In this document: piece by piece, positions 1-10,459 of the stretch
Layout of the letters: every line of letters starts with the position of its first letter
How positions within the stretch are numbered: the stretch's first letter is position 1
Position numbers and translations under genes: made by a program
Assembly: GCA_963791985.1 (NCBI GenBank)
Contig: CAWBUN010000010.1
Location: forward strand, 356,083 to 420,082
DNA length: 64,000 bases
From: an uncultured Solibacteraceae bacterium
GTDB taxonomy: Bacteria > Acidobacteriota > Terriglobia > Bryobacterales > Bryobacteraceae
Reading direction: 5' to 3'
Notes under the pieces: generated by a model
Databases searched by the model: none
Seen by the model: the letters and a program-made list of their open reading frames with translations, nothing else
Told to the model about the DNA's origin: nothing

Positions 1-101
1 GCGAAATACGCCCCTGACACCTTCCCCATGAAGGTGTTACGCCGAAATATATACTCGGGGGAGTCGCTTGTCAAGCAAAATCGTTACCGCTAAACCTCAA
101 G

Positions 102-1091
102 TCACTGCGGTTTTTTCGGACCATTGAAAGAACGCTCCACGGTGTCGTTTACGTACGTCGAGACACCATGGTCGCGCCACAACCAGCGCATCATCTCCGG
201 GAAAACCGCGCGCAGCATCTTCTGCCCGTGGCGCTGAATTCCCCACGCATAATTCACGTCGTAACCCTTCTCCGTCAGCGCCTGCTGCATCCTCACATTC
301 TGGAAAAACCAGTCGCGTGTCATGTCGTACGTGCCATCCGCCCGCACCCCGCGATTGTCGTTGCGCCCGTCAACCAGGAACACGCGCAGCGGCTTCTTCT
401 CGCTCCTGCGAATGATGTCCGGATACGCGTGCCCGCCGCGGATATTGGTGAAACTGCCCACGTTGCTCAACACCTTCCGGAACTGGTCCGGCCGCTCCCA
501 TGCCACCGTGAACGCCGCAATCGCGCCCGAGCTCGACCCGCCGATCCCGTGCCGCTCCGGGCTGCTCGAGATGTTGTAGCCCGCGTACAGCACGGGCATC
601 AATTCGTCGACGATCACGCGCGCGTATTTATCGTCCAGCGTGTTGTATTCCGTTGGCCGGTTCGTGTCCCGATCGCCCCAGTTCGCCGGCGTGGGCTCCG
701 GCTGATCCGGACGCCTGCCCGGATTGATGAACACCGCGATCATCACCGGCAGTTCCCGCCGGTAAATCAGGTTGTCCATCACCACCTGCGCCCGAATGTC
801 CCCCTCCGGCGCCATGAAGGCCTGTCCGTCGTTGTAGATCATCAGACTCGCCGGCACCGTTGGCTTGTATTGCGCCGGAACATAAATCCAGTAGGTGTGC
901 TGCGTCCCCGGATACGCCGTGCTCGGCAGTGTGAACGGCCCTTTGATCTCGCCCTTCGGCACCCCCTCCTGCACCAGCGAGTCCGGCGATAGCTGGTAAT
1001 ACTGCTCCGTATTCGGCTCCGACGGGCGCGCCCCTTGGGCCATCGCCTGCATCACCAGCAATGCCGTCAATCCCGCGATTCTGAGTGTCAT
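102..1091 (-). CDS. secreted esterase (putative esterase / enterochelin-esterase-like alpha/beta hydrolase)
   Basis: ORF 102..1115 minus. Signal peptide [20 protein letters not shown] follows an internal ATG, so start moved to 1091. GGSSSG (G-x-S-x-G) nucleophile elbow. Overall similarity to PF00756-type esterases. Confidence 0.6.
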   Translation of the reverse strand: MTLRIAGLTALLVMQAMAQGARPSEPNTEQYYQLSPDSLVQEGVPKGEIKGPFTLPSTAYPGTQHTYWIYVPAQYKPTVPASLMIYNDGQAFMAPEGDIRAQVVMDNLIYRRELPVMIAVFINPGRRPDQPEPTPANWGDRDTNRPTEYNTLDDKYARVIVDELMPVLYAGYNISSSPERHGIGGSSSGAIAAFTVAWERPDQFRKVLSNVGSFTNIRGGHAYPDIIRRSEKKPLRVFLVDGRNDNRGVRADGTYDMTRDWFFQNVRMQQALTEKGYDVNYAWGIQRHGQKMLRAVFPEMMRWLWRDHGVSTYVNDTVERSFNGPKKPQ

Positions 1092-1258
1092 AAGCGTCGG
1101 CAGCCAAAATATCACAGAACCGTGCTAAATTGATTCCCAGCGCGTCGGGCGCTTCCAGTCCGCGGGAAAGGGCCGAGCCCACCGAACTCTCCGGTATCAT
1201 ATGCCTCGATCTTCTTTCTGCCCGTCGTGCGGACGCGGGCCTGATGAAAGGAGATCTC

Positions 1259-3181
1259 ATGACCCGTCCGTCTCTCGAACAACTCCAAAAACAAGCCAAG
1301 GAGCTGCTCCGCCAACATCGCGCCCAGGATCCCGCCGCGCTTGCCCGGCTCCCTCTTCCCTCCCCCAAGCTCGCCGACGCGCAGTTCGCCATCGCACGCG
1401 AAGCCGGTTTTCCCACGTGGGCCGCACTCAAACGTCACGTCGAATCCCAGCACCCGTCGGGCCTGGAGCAATTCGACCGGCTCGCGGTGAGCGTCGCCGA
1501 TGCGTATGCGGCCGGCGACGCGGAGGCCATCCGCCAGGTCAATTTCAACTACGGAACCGCCTTCGTCCACGAACGCGACACCGCCGCCATGCAGCAGCGC
1601 CTGACCGCATGGTACGCCTCCAAATCCCGAACTTCGGAGCTCGCACTCGCGGACGGCCGGCACATCGTCGCTCACGCCTACGGCTTCGAATCCTGGACCG
1701 CCTTCGTCGAAAGCGTCTCCCAACCGCCGCGCGATCCGCGCTCGGCGCCGGTCTTCCTCAGTTCCACCCCGCCCTTCTACCAGATCGATTGGCGCGATAA
1801 CCGGGTTACCGTGCGCGGCCCCCAATCCCCCGGCGATTGGGAAATCATCTGCGGCATCATGCGCGAGCACCGCATCGCCAAACTCACCGCCGGCCGCATG
1901 ATCGACGCCGCCATGAAGCCGCTCTCACGGCTCGATCACGTCACCCATCTCCAACTCGGCGGCAATGCGCTCACCGACACCGGCGCCCGCCGCCTTGCCC
2001 GCATGACCCAGCTCGAGGACCTCGAATTCGGCGGCTGGACCAGCCCGCTCACCGACCGCGCCCTGGAACCGCTCCGCCACCTCACCGCCCTGAAGCACTT
2101 CAAATCCACCTGGTCGCAACATATCTCTGACGCGGGTCTCGCCAACCTCGCCTTTTGCCCCAACCTAGAAAAAGTCAACCTGTTGGGCACTCCCGCCGGT
2201 GATGGCACGCTCCAGGCGCTCGCCGGCAAGCCTCACCTCCGGCGCCTCCACACCGGACGCGGGGTCACCGATGCCGGCCTCCGCCTGCTCCACCAGTTTC
2301 CTGTCTTCGCCTCCTGGCACGGCGGCGAAGAGAAATACGAATTGATGAGCTTCGAGGTCGATCCCAACTTCCTCCTCCTCGACGGCCCCTTCACGGACGC
2401 CGGACTTGTCTCGCTCGCCGGCCTCGACGGTCTTTTCGGCCTCAGCTTCTTCTGGCATTGCCCCGCCTTCACCTCCGCCGGCCTGGAAGCGCTCCGCCAC
2501 CTTCCGAAGCTCACCTTCCTCGGTTGTCAGGACCAGCACTGCGACGACGAAGCCATGCGCCACATCGCCGCTATCCCTGACCTCCGCATGCTGATGGGAC
2601 AGGGCGCCGTCGCCACCGACGCCGGCTTCACCGCGCTTGGCCGCTCCCCAACCATCGAGTACATTTGGGGCCGCGAGTGTCCCAACCTCACCGGCCCGGG
2701 TTTCGCCGCGCTCGCCGCCATGCCCGCACTGCGCGGCCTCGCCGTCAGTTGCAAGAATGTCGACGATGCCGCACTCGCCGCGCTGCCCCATTCGGCGACC
2801 CTCCGCCAGCTCATGCCGATGGACGTTGCCGACGCCGGCTTCCGCCACATCGGCCGCTGCGAAAATCTGGAAAACCTCTGGTGCATGTACTGCCGCGACA
2901 CCGGCGACGCAGCCACCGAACACCTCGCCGGCCTCACCCGCCTCAAGTCGTACTACGCCGGCATGACCCGCATCACCGATCGCAGCCTCGATATCCTCTC
3001 CAATCTTTCCGCACTCGAACGCCTCGAGTTCTGGCAATGCGCCGCCCTTACCGACTCCGGTCTCGCCCATCTGGCCCGCCTTCCGCGCCTGCGGGAACTC
3101 ACCCTCGATGGCCTCCCCGCGGTCACCCGCGCCGCCCCGGCCCTCTTCCCGCCGCACGTCCGCGTCACCTACTCGCCATAA
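1259..3181 (+). CDS. leucine-rich repeat (RNI-like) protein
   Basis: ORF frame 1130..3181. ATG at 1259 is preceded by AGGAG. Repeated L-x-x-L-x-L-x-x-N/C motifs (LQLGGNALTDTGARRLARMTQLEDLEFGG and similar) throughout. Confidence 0.55.
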   Translation: MTRPSLEQLQKQAKELLRQHRAQDPAALARLPLPSPKLADAQFAIAREAGFPTWAALKRHVESQHPSGLEQFDRLAVSVADAYAAGDAEAIRQVNFNYGTAFVHERDTAAMQQRLTAWYASKSRTSELALADGRHIVAHAYGFESWTAFVESVSQPPRDPRSAPVFLSSTPPFYQIDWRDNRVTVRGPQSPGDWEIICGIMREHRIAKLTAGRMIDAAMKPLSRLDHVTHLQLGGNALTDTGARRLARMTQLEDLEFGGWTSPLTDRALEPLRHLTALKHFKSTWSQHISDAGLANLAFCPNLEKVNLLGTPAGDGTLQALAGKPHLRRLHTGRGVTDAGLRLLHQFPVFASWHGGEEKYELMSFEVDPNFLLLDGPFTDAGLVSLAGLDGLFGLSFFWHCPAFTSAGLEALRHLPKLTFLGCQDQHCDDEAMRHIAAIPDLRMLMGQGAVATDAGFTALGRSPTIEYIWGRECPNLTGPGFAALAAMPALRGLAVSCKNVDDAALAALPHSATLRQLMPMDVADAGFRHIGRCENLENLWCMYCRDTGDAATEHLAGLTRLKSYYAGMTRITDRSLDILSNLSALERLEFWQCAALTDSGLAHLARLPRLRELTLDGLPAVTRAAPALFPPHVRVTYSP

Positions 3182-3204
3182 AGCACTGCGCTAAAATCGC
3201 AGCC

Positions 3205-4446
3205 GTGGTCAAGGTTGCAATCGCCGCGGCGCTGTTATCCGCTGCTGCCCATAGCGCTCCGTTTGCAGAGGTGCCTGCGAACGACGCCGAACACAACACG
3301 CGGAGAAAGCAGGAATTCACGCAATTCAACCCGCGCTTTGAGTCCTTAAAGGCCGACCGCGTGAAGCGACTGCGGGCGCTCGGCGCCGAGGTTGCGAGGC
3401 GTGAGGCGGACCGGCAGAGCACGGCCTGCTCGCACCAGATACTGTGGGAGCTCAAACTGCTGGTCGGCATGACCGCCGACTTCCACGCCATCGATGCAAG
3501 AATTCGCGACTTGGAAGCTAGTCTGGCGCATCCGGAACGTGAGAGCACTGCCGAAATCCAAAGCACCGAAGACGGCAGTTTTGGCAACTGTTTTGAGTCC
3601 TGGCCTCTCAAGCTGATGGCGTCGTACGATCATTGGGACGACGCCGCGGCGCTCCCGTTCCGTTTTCTGGACCGCGTCAATTCCCCGGAAAAACTGACTG
3701 GTTATCTGACCTCCCTGGCGACGTCCGACCTTGCGAAAACCGGGGTCGACCAAACCTATGACCTGAATGAGTGCTTGTCCGACCTGATGCGGCTGATTCT
3801 TCGCGATCGGCCCAAGGGCTACCCATGGCATCCGCGATTGAAAGAAACCATGCTCGACCTGCTGATGAATCGCTTCCGCAATCGGGACACCGGCTGGTGG
3901 GGAGAACGCTATGTTCGGGATGGCGGAGTGAAGTTCGTGGATGATCTCAGCATGACCTTCCATACGGTGAGCTACCTCGAAGGTAAGGTGCCGGATTGGC
4001 CGAAGATCATCGAAACCACGTTCGCGTTGAAGGAGGCGGACTTCCCCGTCGGATGGCTCTACAACGGCGCCTACTGGAACCACAACAACATGGATGTCGC
4101 GGTTCTGTTTCGCTACGGTTGGCCTCATGCGGACGCGAAACAACGGAAAGCCATGCAAGGCGAACTCGAGAAGATGTTGAATTGGTGCCTGACGGAATCG
4201 CTCCAGCCGGACGGATCCTTTCTGGCGATCCTTCCCGACGCATCGCTTGAGGAGGCAAATTACTTCGGCGCGGTGTTTTTGGCCCGGATCGGTTACTTCG
4301 ACCGGGGCCGCCGGTTCTGGACGAATGCTGATTTCGACGGTGCTGACGCCATCCGGCGGCGGATCCTCGACAACGTCAACAAACACATCAAGACGGGCGG
4401 CGCGGGCGGCCACTACTACAAGTCGATTCTCGAAGAACTTCAATAG
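3205..4446 (+). CDS. hypothetical secreted protein
   Basis: Tail of ORF 2665..4446. The upstream part overlaps the LRR gene, so start placed at in-frame GTG 3205 giving a signal-like N-terminus (VKVAIAAALLSAAAHSA). No recognisable domain. Start uncertain. Confidence 0.35.
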   Translation: MVKVAIAAALLSAAAHSAPFAEVPANDAEHNTRRKQEFTQFNPRFESLKADRVKRLRALGAEVARREADRQSTACSHQILWELKLLVGMTADFHAIDARIRDLEASLAHPERESTAEIQSTEDGSFGNCFESWPLKLMASYDHWDDAAALPFRFLDRVNSPEKLTGYLTSLATSDLAKTGVDQTYDLNECLSDLMRLILRDRPKGYPWHPRLKETMLDLLMNRFRNRDTGWWGERYVRDGGVKFVDDLSMTFHTVSYLEGKVPDWPKIIETTFALKEADFPVGWLYNGAYWNHNNMDVAVLFRYGWPHADAKQRKAMQGELEKMLNWCLTESLQPDGSFLAILPDASLEEANYFGAVFLARIGYFDRGRRFWTNADFDGADAIRRRILDNVNKHIKTGGAGGHYYKSILEELQ

Positions 4447-4832
4447 CAATGTTTTGCTCGACGCCATCGTCTCCGCCACGTCAGAACAATCCGAAGGCTC
4501 CGATGGCGCTCCAGGATGCATCCGCCTGCACGCCGCGGAGTATCGCATCGATCCGCACAATATCGGCATACTTGGATGCTCAGCTCGCGTGGAATATCCG
4601 GCCGCCCGGAACCCGTCCGGCCAAGCGGATCAAGGGATACGGCGAGTACCGTTACTGATTGTTCCCAGAGCATCTTGGCATGCCGCGCATATCGATGTTG
4701 AACAAGGGGTGTAGGTTCCGCGTAGGTCCCCTGTCTCGCATGCAGTTTTAACGATTTCGTAATCGAGCTGTTACATGACCCCGCTAGCCTGAGTAGACCC
4801 ACTGGGAGAACTCTTGTTTGGAGGGAAGCAGC

Positions 4833-7274
4833 ATGCAACAAATGAGCCGGATTTGCGCCGTTTTTCTTCTTGGAGGTTTCGGCGTGTTTGCGCAGCAGTC
4901 GGGAACGATTACAGGCGTGGTTGCCGACGTTACGGGGAAGAGCATTCCCAACGCGGTGGTAACCGTCCGTAACGAAGCCGGCGGCGCGCCGAAGATGGCG
5001 GCGACGGATTCAGAAGGAAAGTACTCGATCAAGGACCTGACGGAGGGCTCCTACCAGGTGGAAGCCGCCGCACCCAGTTTCGCCCTCAGCCGCCGCAACG
5101 GGGTTAAGATCACCGCGGCTGGAGCCGCGAATGTGAACATGTCGCTCAACGTGAGCGAATTGGCCCAGAGCATCACGGTAGAAGGTTCGGTCTCCATGGC
5201 GGCCGAGGCGGCGCCGATGCAAAGCACGCTCGAGGCGCGTTCGGCGAAAACAGAGATCAGCCCGGAATACATTCAGAACTACGCGTCGCCCGTGGCGGAT
5301 TTCAGCGAGTTGCTAAACAACGCGCCGGGTACGTTCAGCGTCAATCCAAACGGAGTCGGTCTGGGCGATAGCAAGACCTACTTCCGCGGGTTCAAGGACG
5401 GGCAGTATACGATGCAGGCGGACGGCATCCCGTTCAACGACACCAACGACCCGACGCACCACTCCTGGGCATTCTTCCCGAGCCAGTTTATCGCGGGCGT
5501 GGACTTCGACCGCAGCCCCGGCTCCGCCTCCGCGGTAGGTCCGACCAACTACGGCGGAACCGTCAACCTGTTGTCGCGCAGCGTGGCATTACAGCCCGAC
5601 TTTCGCCTGACCGCATCCTACGGTTCGTTCAATACCCGCATGCTGGCATTCGATGCCGATTCGGGCCAGTTCGGCAAGAACAAGAATCACTCGCTCACCA
5701 TCAACATCCACCAGATGCTCTCGGACGGATACCAGACCTACAACTACCAGAAGCGCGTGGCCGGATTCATCAAGTATCAATACCGGCTGAACGACCGCAC
5801 CACGTTCACGCTCTTCTCGGGCCTGGTGGATCTGTGGACCAACACACCGAATCTGAAAGGGCCGTCGCGTGCGCAAATCGCGCAGTTCGGCGACAACTAC
5901 CTGCTGAGTGGCGATCCCTCGCAGCCCAATTACTATGGGTACAACTTCTATCACGTGCAGACGGATTTCAACTATATCGGCGTCAACTCCGATCTAGGCC
6001 ACGGATGGAAGCTGGAAAACAAAGTCTACACGTATCGCTACTGGAACAAGCAGTACTACAACAACCCCTCGATCCAGGCAAACGGCTTCTTCCTGCCGGG
6101 CGCGCAATCGATCACCGCGACCAGCGCCGTCGACAAATTGAACGGCTATCGCAAGGTGGGAGACATTCTCTCCGTGAGCCACGAGACGGCGCGCGGCACC
6201 CTGCGCACCGGCGTCTGGTATGAATGGGCGTACACGGATCGCTACCAAATCCCCTCCGACCCGCGCACCGGGCTGGATACGCTCCTCTCGAATTTCCACG
6301 AACACTTCATAACCTCCACATGGCAGCCGTTTGTCGAGTACGAATACCGCGTAACGCGAGACATCAGCTTCACGGCCGGCTTGAAGCTCGCCTACTACCG
6401 GATGGATCTGAAGCAGTTCGCCGACAACGGCAAGACGGTGGGTAATCTCGGCGGGGCTCCGTTCACCGAACACTCGGCGCCGTACCATGCGTGGAATCCC
6501 TCGGCTGACCTGCGCTATAAGATCAAGCCGAACTGGACCATGTACGCGCAATTCTCTGAAGGCAACGCCATCCCGCCGAGCAGCGTTTTCGACACCAAGG
6601 GCGCGCTGGTGGCGGTGACTCCGAAACCGACTGCGGTGAAGACCTACCAGGTCGGGTCGGTGGTGAAGTTCAACCGGTTCACCTTAGACGCGGACGCATA
6701 TTACAGCCACTTCCAGAATCCATACTCCTCCTTCCTCGACGCCGCCGGCGAGGCTTTCTTCTACCAGACCGGCCCATCGAATACCAAGGGCGTGGAAGTG
6801 GAAGGCAACGTCACGCTGGTTCGAGGTCTCAGCCTGTACCTCAACGCCACCGCTGGTTCGGCAAAGTATCAGGGTGGCGCGAAGTATGCGAATGGCGGCC
6901 TGTGGATTCAGAATACCCCGAGCAACACCGAAGGCGCCGGCCTGACTTATGCGATGAGGGGCTGGTCGGTGGGTATGTTCAACAAGCGAGTCGGCCGGAT
7001 GTTCAATGACAACGGCACAGTCAACCAGGCATATACCATCGATCCCTTCAACGTGACCAACCTGTTCATCAATTACACGTTCCGGGGCGATTCGTACCTG
7101 CGAGGTACGAAGGTCCGGTTCGGTATCAACAATCTGCTCGATCAGCACAACATTGTCGGCATCAACGGTTTTTCGACTAAGAGTAACGCCCCCTCACCGG
7201 GCGACACTCTGACGCTTCTGCCGGCGCGCAGCATCTCGCTCACGGTGACGTTCGGCTACGCCCCGAGTTGGTAA
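4833..7274 (+). CDS. TonB-dependent receptor with N-terminal carboxypeptidase-regulatory-like domain
   Basis: GGAGGGAAG lies upstream of ATG 4833. Signal peptide MQQMSRICAVFLLGGFGVFAQQ. N-terminal TGVVAD...VTVRNEAGG...EGKYSIKDL fold typical of CarbopepD_reg. Long beta-barrel body ending in aromatic TFGYAPSW. Confidence 0.75.
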   Translation: MQQMSRICAVFLLGGFGVFAQQSGTITGVVADVTGKSIPNAVVTVRNEAGGAPKMAATDSEGKYSIKDLTEGSYQVEAAAPSFALSRRNGVKITAAGAANVNMSLNVSELAQSITVEGSVSMAAEAAPMQSTLEARSAKTEISPEYIQNYASPVADFSELLNNAPGTFSVNPNGVGLGDSKTYFRGFKDGQYTMQADGIPFNDTNDPTHHSWAFFPSQFIAGVDFDRSPGSASAVGPTNYGGTVNLLSRSVALQPDFRLTASYGSFNTRMLAFDADSGQFGKNKNHSLTINIHQMLSDGYQTYNYQKRVAGFIKYQYRLNDRTTFTLFSGLVDLWTNTPNLKGPSRAQIAQFGDNYLLSGDPSQPNYYGYNFYHVQTDFNYIGVNSDLGHGWKLENKVYTYRYWNKQYYNNPSIQANGFFLPGAQSITATSAVDKLNGYRKVGDILSVSHETARGTLRTGVWYEWAYTDRYQIPSDPRTGLDTLLSNFHEHFITSTWQPFVEYEYRVTRDISFTAGLKLAYYRMDLKQFADNGKTVGNLGGAPFTEHSAPYHAWNPSADLRYKIKPNWTMYAQFSEGNAIPPSSVFDTKGALVAVTPKPTAVKTYQVGSVVKFNRFTLDADAYYSHFQNPYSSFLDAAGEAFFYQTGPSNTKGVEVEGNVTLVRGLSLYLNATAGSAKYQGGAKYANGGLWIQNTPSNTEGAGLTYAMRGWSVGMFNKRVGRMFNDNGTVNQAYTIDPFNVTNLFINYTFRGDSYLRGTKVRFGINNLLDQHNIVGINGFSTKSNAPSPGDTLTLLPARSISLTVTFGYAPSW

Positions 7275-7280
7275 ACCTGA

Positions 7281-7319
7281 CCTGGCCGGCAGACCAGCAG
7301 GGTCGCCGGCCAGGTTTCC
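7281..7319 (+). terminator. hairpin terminator after TBDR gene
   Basis: CCTGGCCGGC-14 nt loop-GCCGGCCAGG (10 bp perfect stem) followed by TTTCCT. Confidence 0.4.
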
Positions 7320-7346
7320 TACGTAAGCTTGTGTCTTGATTAGCAA

Positions 7347-7370
7347 CCGCTCCCTGACGGTTGCGGCTCG
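7347..7370 (+). repeat. family-B repeat (CCGCTCCCTGACGGTTGCGGCTCG) embedded in a 12-bp-stem palindrome (ATTAGCAACCGC...GCGGTTGCTAAT)
   Basis: Between the convergent TBDR genes. Confidence 0.6.
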
Positions 7371-7418
7371 GTTACGTCAGCAAGCGGTTGCTAATTCGCC
7401 TTTCATCTCAGAGCGCCA

Positions 7419-10409
7419 TTAGAATCCCAACCGCAGTTGTACATCGATCTTACGGTTGTAAGTCCCGCCCCCGCCCGGACCCATCGTAACGAACCCGCCG
7501 GCCAGGCTCCGGTACTGCCCGAAGAAGGGCGACCCCAGGTCTCCGCTCGGCGCCGCGAAATTCACATGATTCAAAATGTTCGAGGCATTCAGCCCGAGCG
7601 TGATCGTATACCGCCGGCTCGGCGCCTGTGTCGCTCCCGCCGATCCCATCATTCCCGGAGGAGGAGCCGTCATCATGCCGCCGCCCGGAGGCGGACCACC
7701 GCCGCCAGGTCCTCGCATACCACCACCGCCGCCCATCCCGCCGCCAGGACCGCCCATCATCATGCCGCCCATGCCGGAGGGCGCCTCGCCCTTTCCGCCG
7801 ATCGTCCACGAGCGGTTCAATCGCACCGACATGTTGAACGCACCCGGACCGCGCGCGTAATTCCGGCTGATAGCCGTCCCCGCCGCAGGAGCCAGGTTGA
7901 AGCAGCCGAATGCGGCCGAATAGTAATAATCCCGGCCCACGCACTGCGCCGCGCCCAACGGCGAAAGCGACGGACGCTCCATTGTGATGCTGTCGCCATT
8001 CGTATCCCGGCCGGTCGTGATGTTGTAGGGCGCCCCGCTCGATGCCGTAATGAACGGGCTCATCGACACTTTAAACGGCAGCGGAATGCTGGTGCCGATC
8101 ACCATCCGGTGCCGCACATCGGCGAACGACGAGGGGCCCCATTCCGCGCGCAGGTTGTACGGATCCGCCGCCTGCCCTTCCGCGTCGGTCTTGCCGTAGG
8201 AAAGCGAATAGAATCCGAATACGAAGAGCTTCTTGTAATTCACGCTCGGCGTCACCTGGATCTGGTTGGTGCGCGAGAAACCCGTGGTCTCGGTGAGGTA
8301 CCGCAGCTGCGAATCTCCGTACGGGTACAGGCCGTTGATCGGCGCGTTGATGTCGCGCGAGCGCGAAAGGTGCACGCCCCGGCCGTTCAGGTAGACCGTG
8401 CTGATGCGGACGTACTTATTGATCTGCCGGTCCACCCCGATGCTGGTCTGGTAGTTGCGCGGCGCCTGGATCGCAGCGTCCTTATATTGTAAATTCTGCG
8501 GCTGCTTCGACGCGGCCAACACGCTCAACGAAGGAATCAGCGGGTAGAAACTCGGGTTCATCAGGAAGTACGATTGCTGCGTCACACCGTCATACCGCAG
8601 CGCGTTGAGCGTTACGTTATCACTGACGCGATCGAAGAAAATCCCGAAGCCGCCGCGCAGCACCGTCTTCGCCGCCTGTGTCCCCTTCGCGTCCATTCCC
8701 CAAGCGAAGCTCATGCGCGGCGAAAAGTCCTTGTGGTCGCCGATATTGCTCTGGGTTTCGTACCGCAGCCCGTAGCTGAAGGTCAGGTTCGGACGCGCCC
8801 GCCAGTCGTCGTTGATGAACAATCCCGCGTCGAACTGGCTCACCGACGTAGTCGGCGTGCCGGCACTCAGGCTGAACTGCGAAGCGCCGCCGCCCAGCAG
8901 CCGGATCTGCGCATCGGTCATCCCTTCATTCTGAAAGATCAGCGTCCTTCGGTAAACCTCCAGAGCGCTCAGTTGCACCGGGTCTCCCGCAATCGGATTG
9001 TTGTTGGCGTCCAACCCAGGCCCCGACCCCGCCAGGAAGGAGTAGCTGCCGCCGAAATTATTCACGCTGGTCGAATCCAGGTACGCTTCCCGGATTCGTC
9101 CGCCCCACTTGATCGTGTGCGTCTTTCGAGTCCAGGTCGAAGTATTCGAGAACTCCAGGTTGTTCTGCCCCGTCCCCGAATTGCCCACCTGCGCGCCGCC
9201 GCCGCTAAACGCGCCCGCTACCGTAATCGCGGGCACCGTGTTGTTGCCGAAGCTCAGCGAGTCCGAATGCATGTACTGGAAACGCGATTCGTTGATGAAG
9301 CGCGGGCTCACCACCGCGGTCTCCGTCAACTGCAAAGTCTTCTCGGTGTTGCGCTGATCGTAAGCCCTGGAGTTCAGGTTGAAGCTTCCGATGCCCTGGT
9401 TGTCGAAGCTCATCCGGTTGTACTGGAACCGCGCCACCAGCGTATTGCTGGGGTTGATCGCGTAATCGAGGCGCGGGCTGATGCCGATCATGCTCTGCGG
9501 AGTGAGAATACTCTGGTTCACGCTCTGCGGTTGGAAGTTCGCATCGAGAGTGGTCGCCAGAATGAACGCATTGTCCTGCGTGGAACGCCGCATCACATCG
9601 AGGCCGAAGCTCGCCTTCTGTTTCTTGATCGGTCCCGTCAGGTTGACTCCGAACATGTTCTGCTTGTACGGCGGGCGCTGGGAAGAAGTCAGCAGCGGGT
9701 TCCGCGAGTTCAGAAATTCCTTGTTGTACTGGCCGAAAACATTGCCGTGAATCAGGTCCGTGCCCGGCCGCGTGAAGATCTCGATGCGCCCGAAACCGGG
9801 CCGCTCGTACTCCGGCGAAAAGGGATTCGAGTTGATGCGAACCTCCCGGATCGACGACTTGTTCGGCAGGTTGCCGCCCGTGAAGCCATCGATATAAATC
9901 TGCCCGCCGTTGGGCCCCGCGCCCGGACCGGCCATCGCCTGCAGCTGCTGCTGCAACTCATCGGGATCGTCGGAGAGCGTTGTCAGTTCCTTCTCGCCGA
10001 GCACCAGCGCACTGCCGTTCGCCGTGGGATCGGCCGATACCGTGTTGGCCTCATCATCCACGTTCAGCACCTGCGTGTCGGATTGGATCACCAACTGCGC
10101 GTCCAGCACCATCGGACCCACGATCTCGAAGTTCTGCTTCGAACTCACCGTGAAGCCCTTGGCGATCACCCGCACCGTGTACTTGCCGGCCTTCAGGTTG
10201 GTGAAGTTGTACAGTCCGTCGACGCCCGTGGTCTGCCGCTGTTCGCCGCCGGGGCCGCGCAATTGCACCAGCGCGCCGGGCACCAGCGCCCCCGAAGGGT
10301 CGGTCACAGTGCCGTGCAGCGCGGGTCCGGAGGGAGTTTGCGCCACCACGGCGGGAGCCATAAGGCACAGGCACAACAAGAGCGCGCAAAGAGAGTAGAT
10401 GGTTTTCAT
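7419..10409 (-). CDS. TonB-dependent receptor (CarbopepD_reg N-terminus) with Met/Gly-rich loop insertion
   Basis: 996 aa ORF. Signal peptide MKTIYSLCALLLCLCLMAPAVVAQ. N-terminal regulatory-like domain, plug and barrel. C-terminal ...QLRLGF aromatic end. Insertion GMGGMMMGGPGGGMGGGGGMRGPGGGGPPPGGGMMTAPPPGMMG near the C-terminus. Confidence 0.75.
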   Translation of the reverse strand: MKTIYSLCALLLCLCLMAPAVVAQTPSGPALHGTVTDPSGALVPGALVQLRGPGGEQRQTTGVDGLYNFTNLKAGKYTVRVIAKGFTVSSKQNFEIVGPMVLDAQLVIQSDTQVLNVDDEANTVSADPTANGSALVLGEKELTTLSDDPDELQQQLQAMAGPGAGPNGGQIYIDGFTGGNLPNKSSIREVRINSNPFSPEYERPGFGRIEIFTRPGTDLIHGNVFGQYNKEFLNSRNPLLTSSQRPPYKQNMFGVNLTGPIKKQKASFGLDVMRRSTQDNAFILATTLDANFQPQSVNQSILTPQSMIGISPRLDYAINPSNTLVARFQYNRMSFDNQGIGSFNLNSRAYDQRNTEKTLQLTETAVVSPRFINESRFQYMHSDSLSFGNNTVPAITVAGAFSGGGAQVGNSGTGQNNLEFSNTSTWTRKTHTIKWGGRIREAYLDSTSVNNFGGSYSFLAGSGPGLDANNNPIAGDPVQLSALEVYRRTLIFQNEGMTDAQIRLLGGGASQFSLSAGTPTTSVSQFDAGLFINDDWRARPNLTFSYGLRYETQSNIGDHKDFSPRMSFAWGMDAKGTQAAKTVLRGGFGIFFDRVSDNVTLNALRYDGVTQQSYFLMNPSFYPLIPSLSVLAASKQPQNLQYKDAAIQAPRNYQTSIGVDRQINKYVRISTVYLNGRGVHLSRSRDINAPINGLYPYGDSQLRYLTETTGFSRTNQIQVTPSVNYKKLFVFGFYSLSYGKTDAEGQAADPYNLRAEWGPSSFADVRHRMVIGTSIPLPFKVSMSPFITASSGAPYNITTGRDTNGDSITMERPSLSPLGAAQCVGRDYYYSAAFGCFNLAPAAGTAISRNYARGPGAFNMSVRLNRSWTIGGKGEAPSGMGGMMMGGPGGGMGGGGGMRGPGGGGPPPGGGMMTAPPPGMMGSAGATQAPSRRYTITLGLNASNILNHVNFAAPSGDLGSPFFGQYRSLAGGFVTMGPGGGGTYNRKIDVQLRLGF

Positions 10410-10459
10410 AATCGGTTCCAGTTGTCGTTATTGGTTGAACTACAGTGGTTGAACTACGC

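Noticed and set aside
168-1870. ORFs 168..992, 628..1431, 1112..1870, 1201..1800 overlapping the esterase and LRR genes.
   Set aside because: Arg/Ala-rich, no start context. They overlap well-supported genes in other frames. GC-rich spurious frames.
2665-3204. Upstream 180 codons of ORF 2665..4446.
   Set aside because: They overlap the C-terminal third of the LRR gene in another frame with Arg/Pro-rich nonsense. The gene more plausibly starts just after the LRR stop.
7576-7860. Pro/Gly-rich ORFs (7576..7860 and 7628..7837) and the 10445..11584 and 25637..26258 ORFs.
   Set aside because: These are antisense or out-of-frame translations of the Met/Gly-rich and Ala/Pro-rich low-complexity coding regions of real genes on the opposite strand. 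The composition-driven open frames are typical of high-GC DNA.
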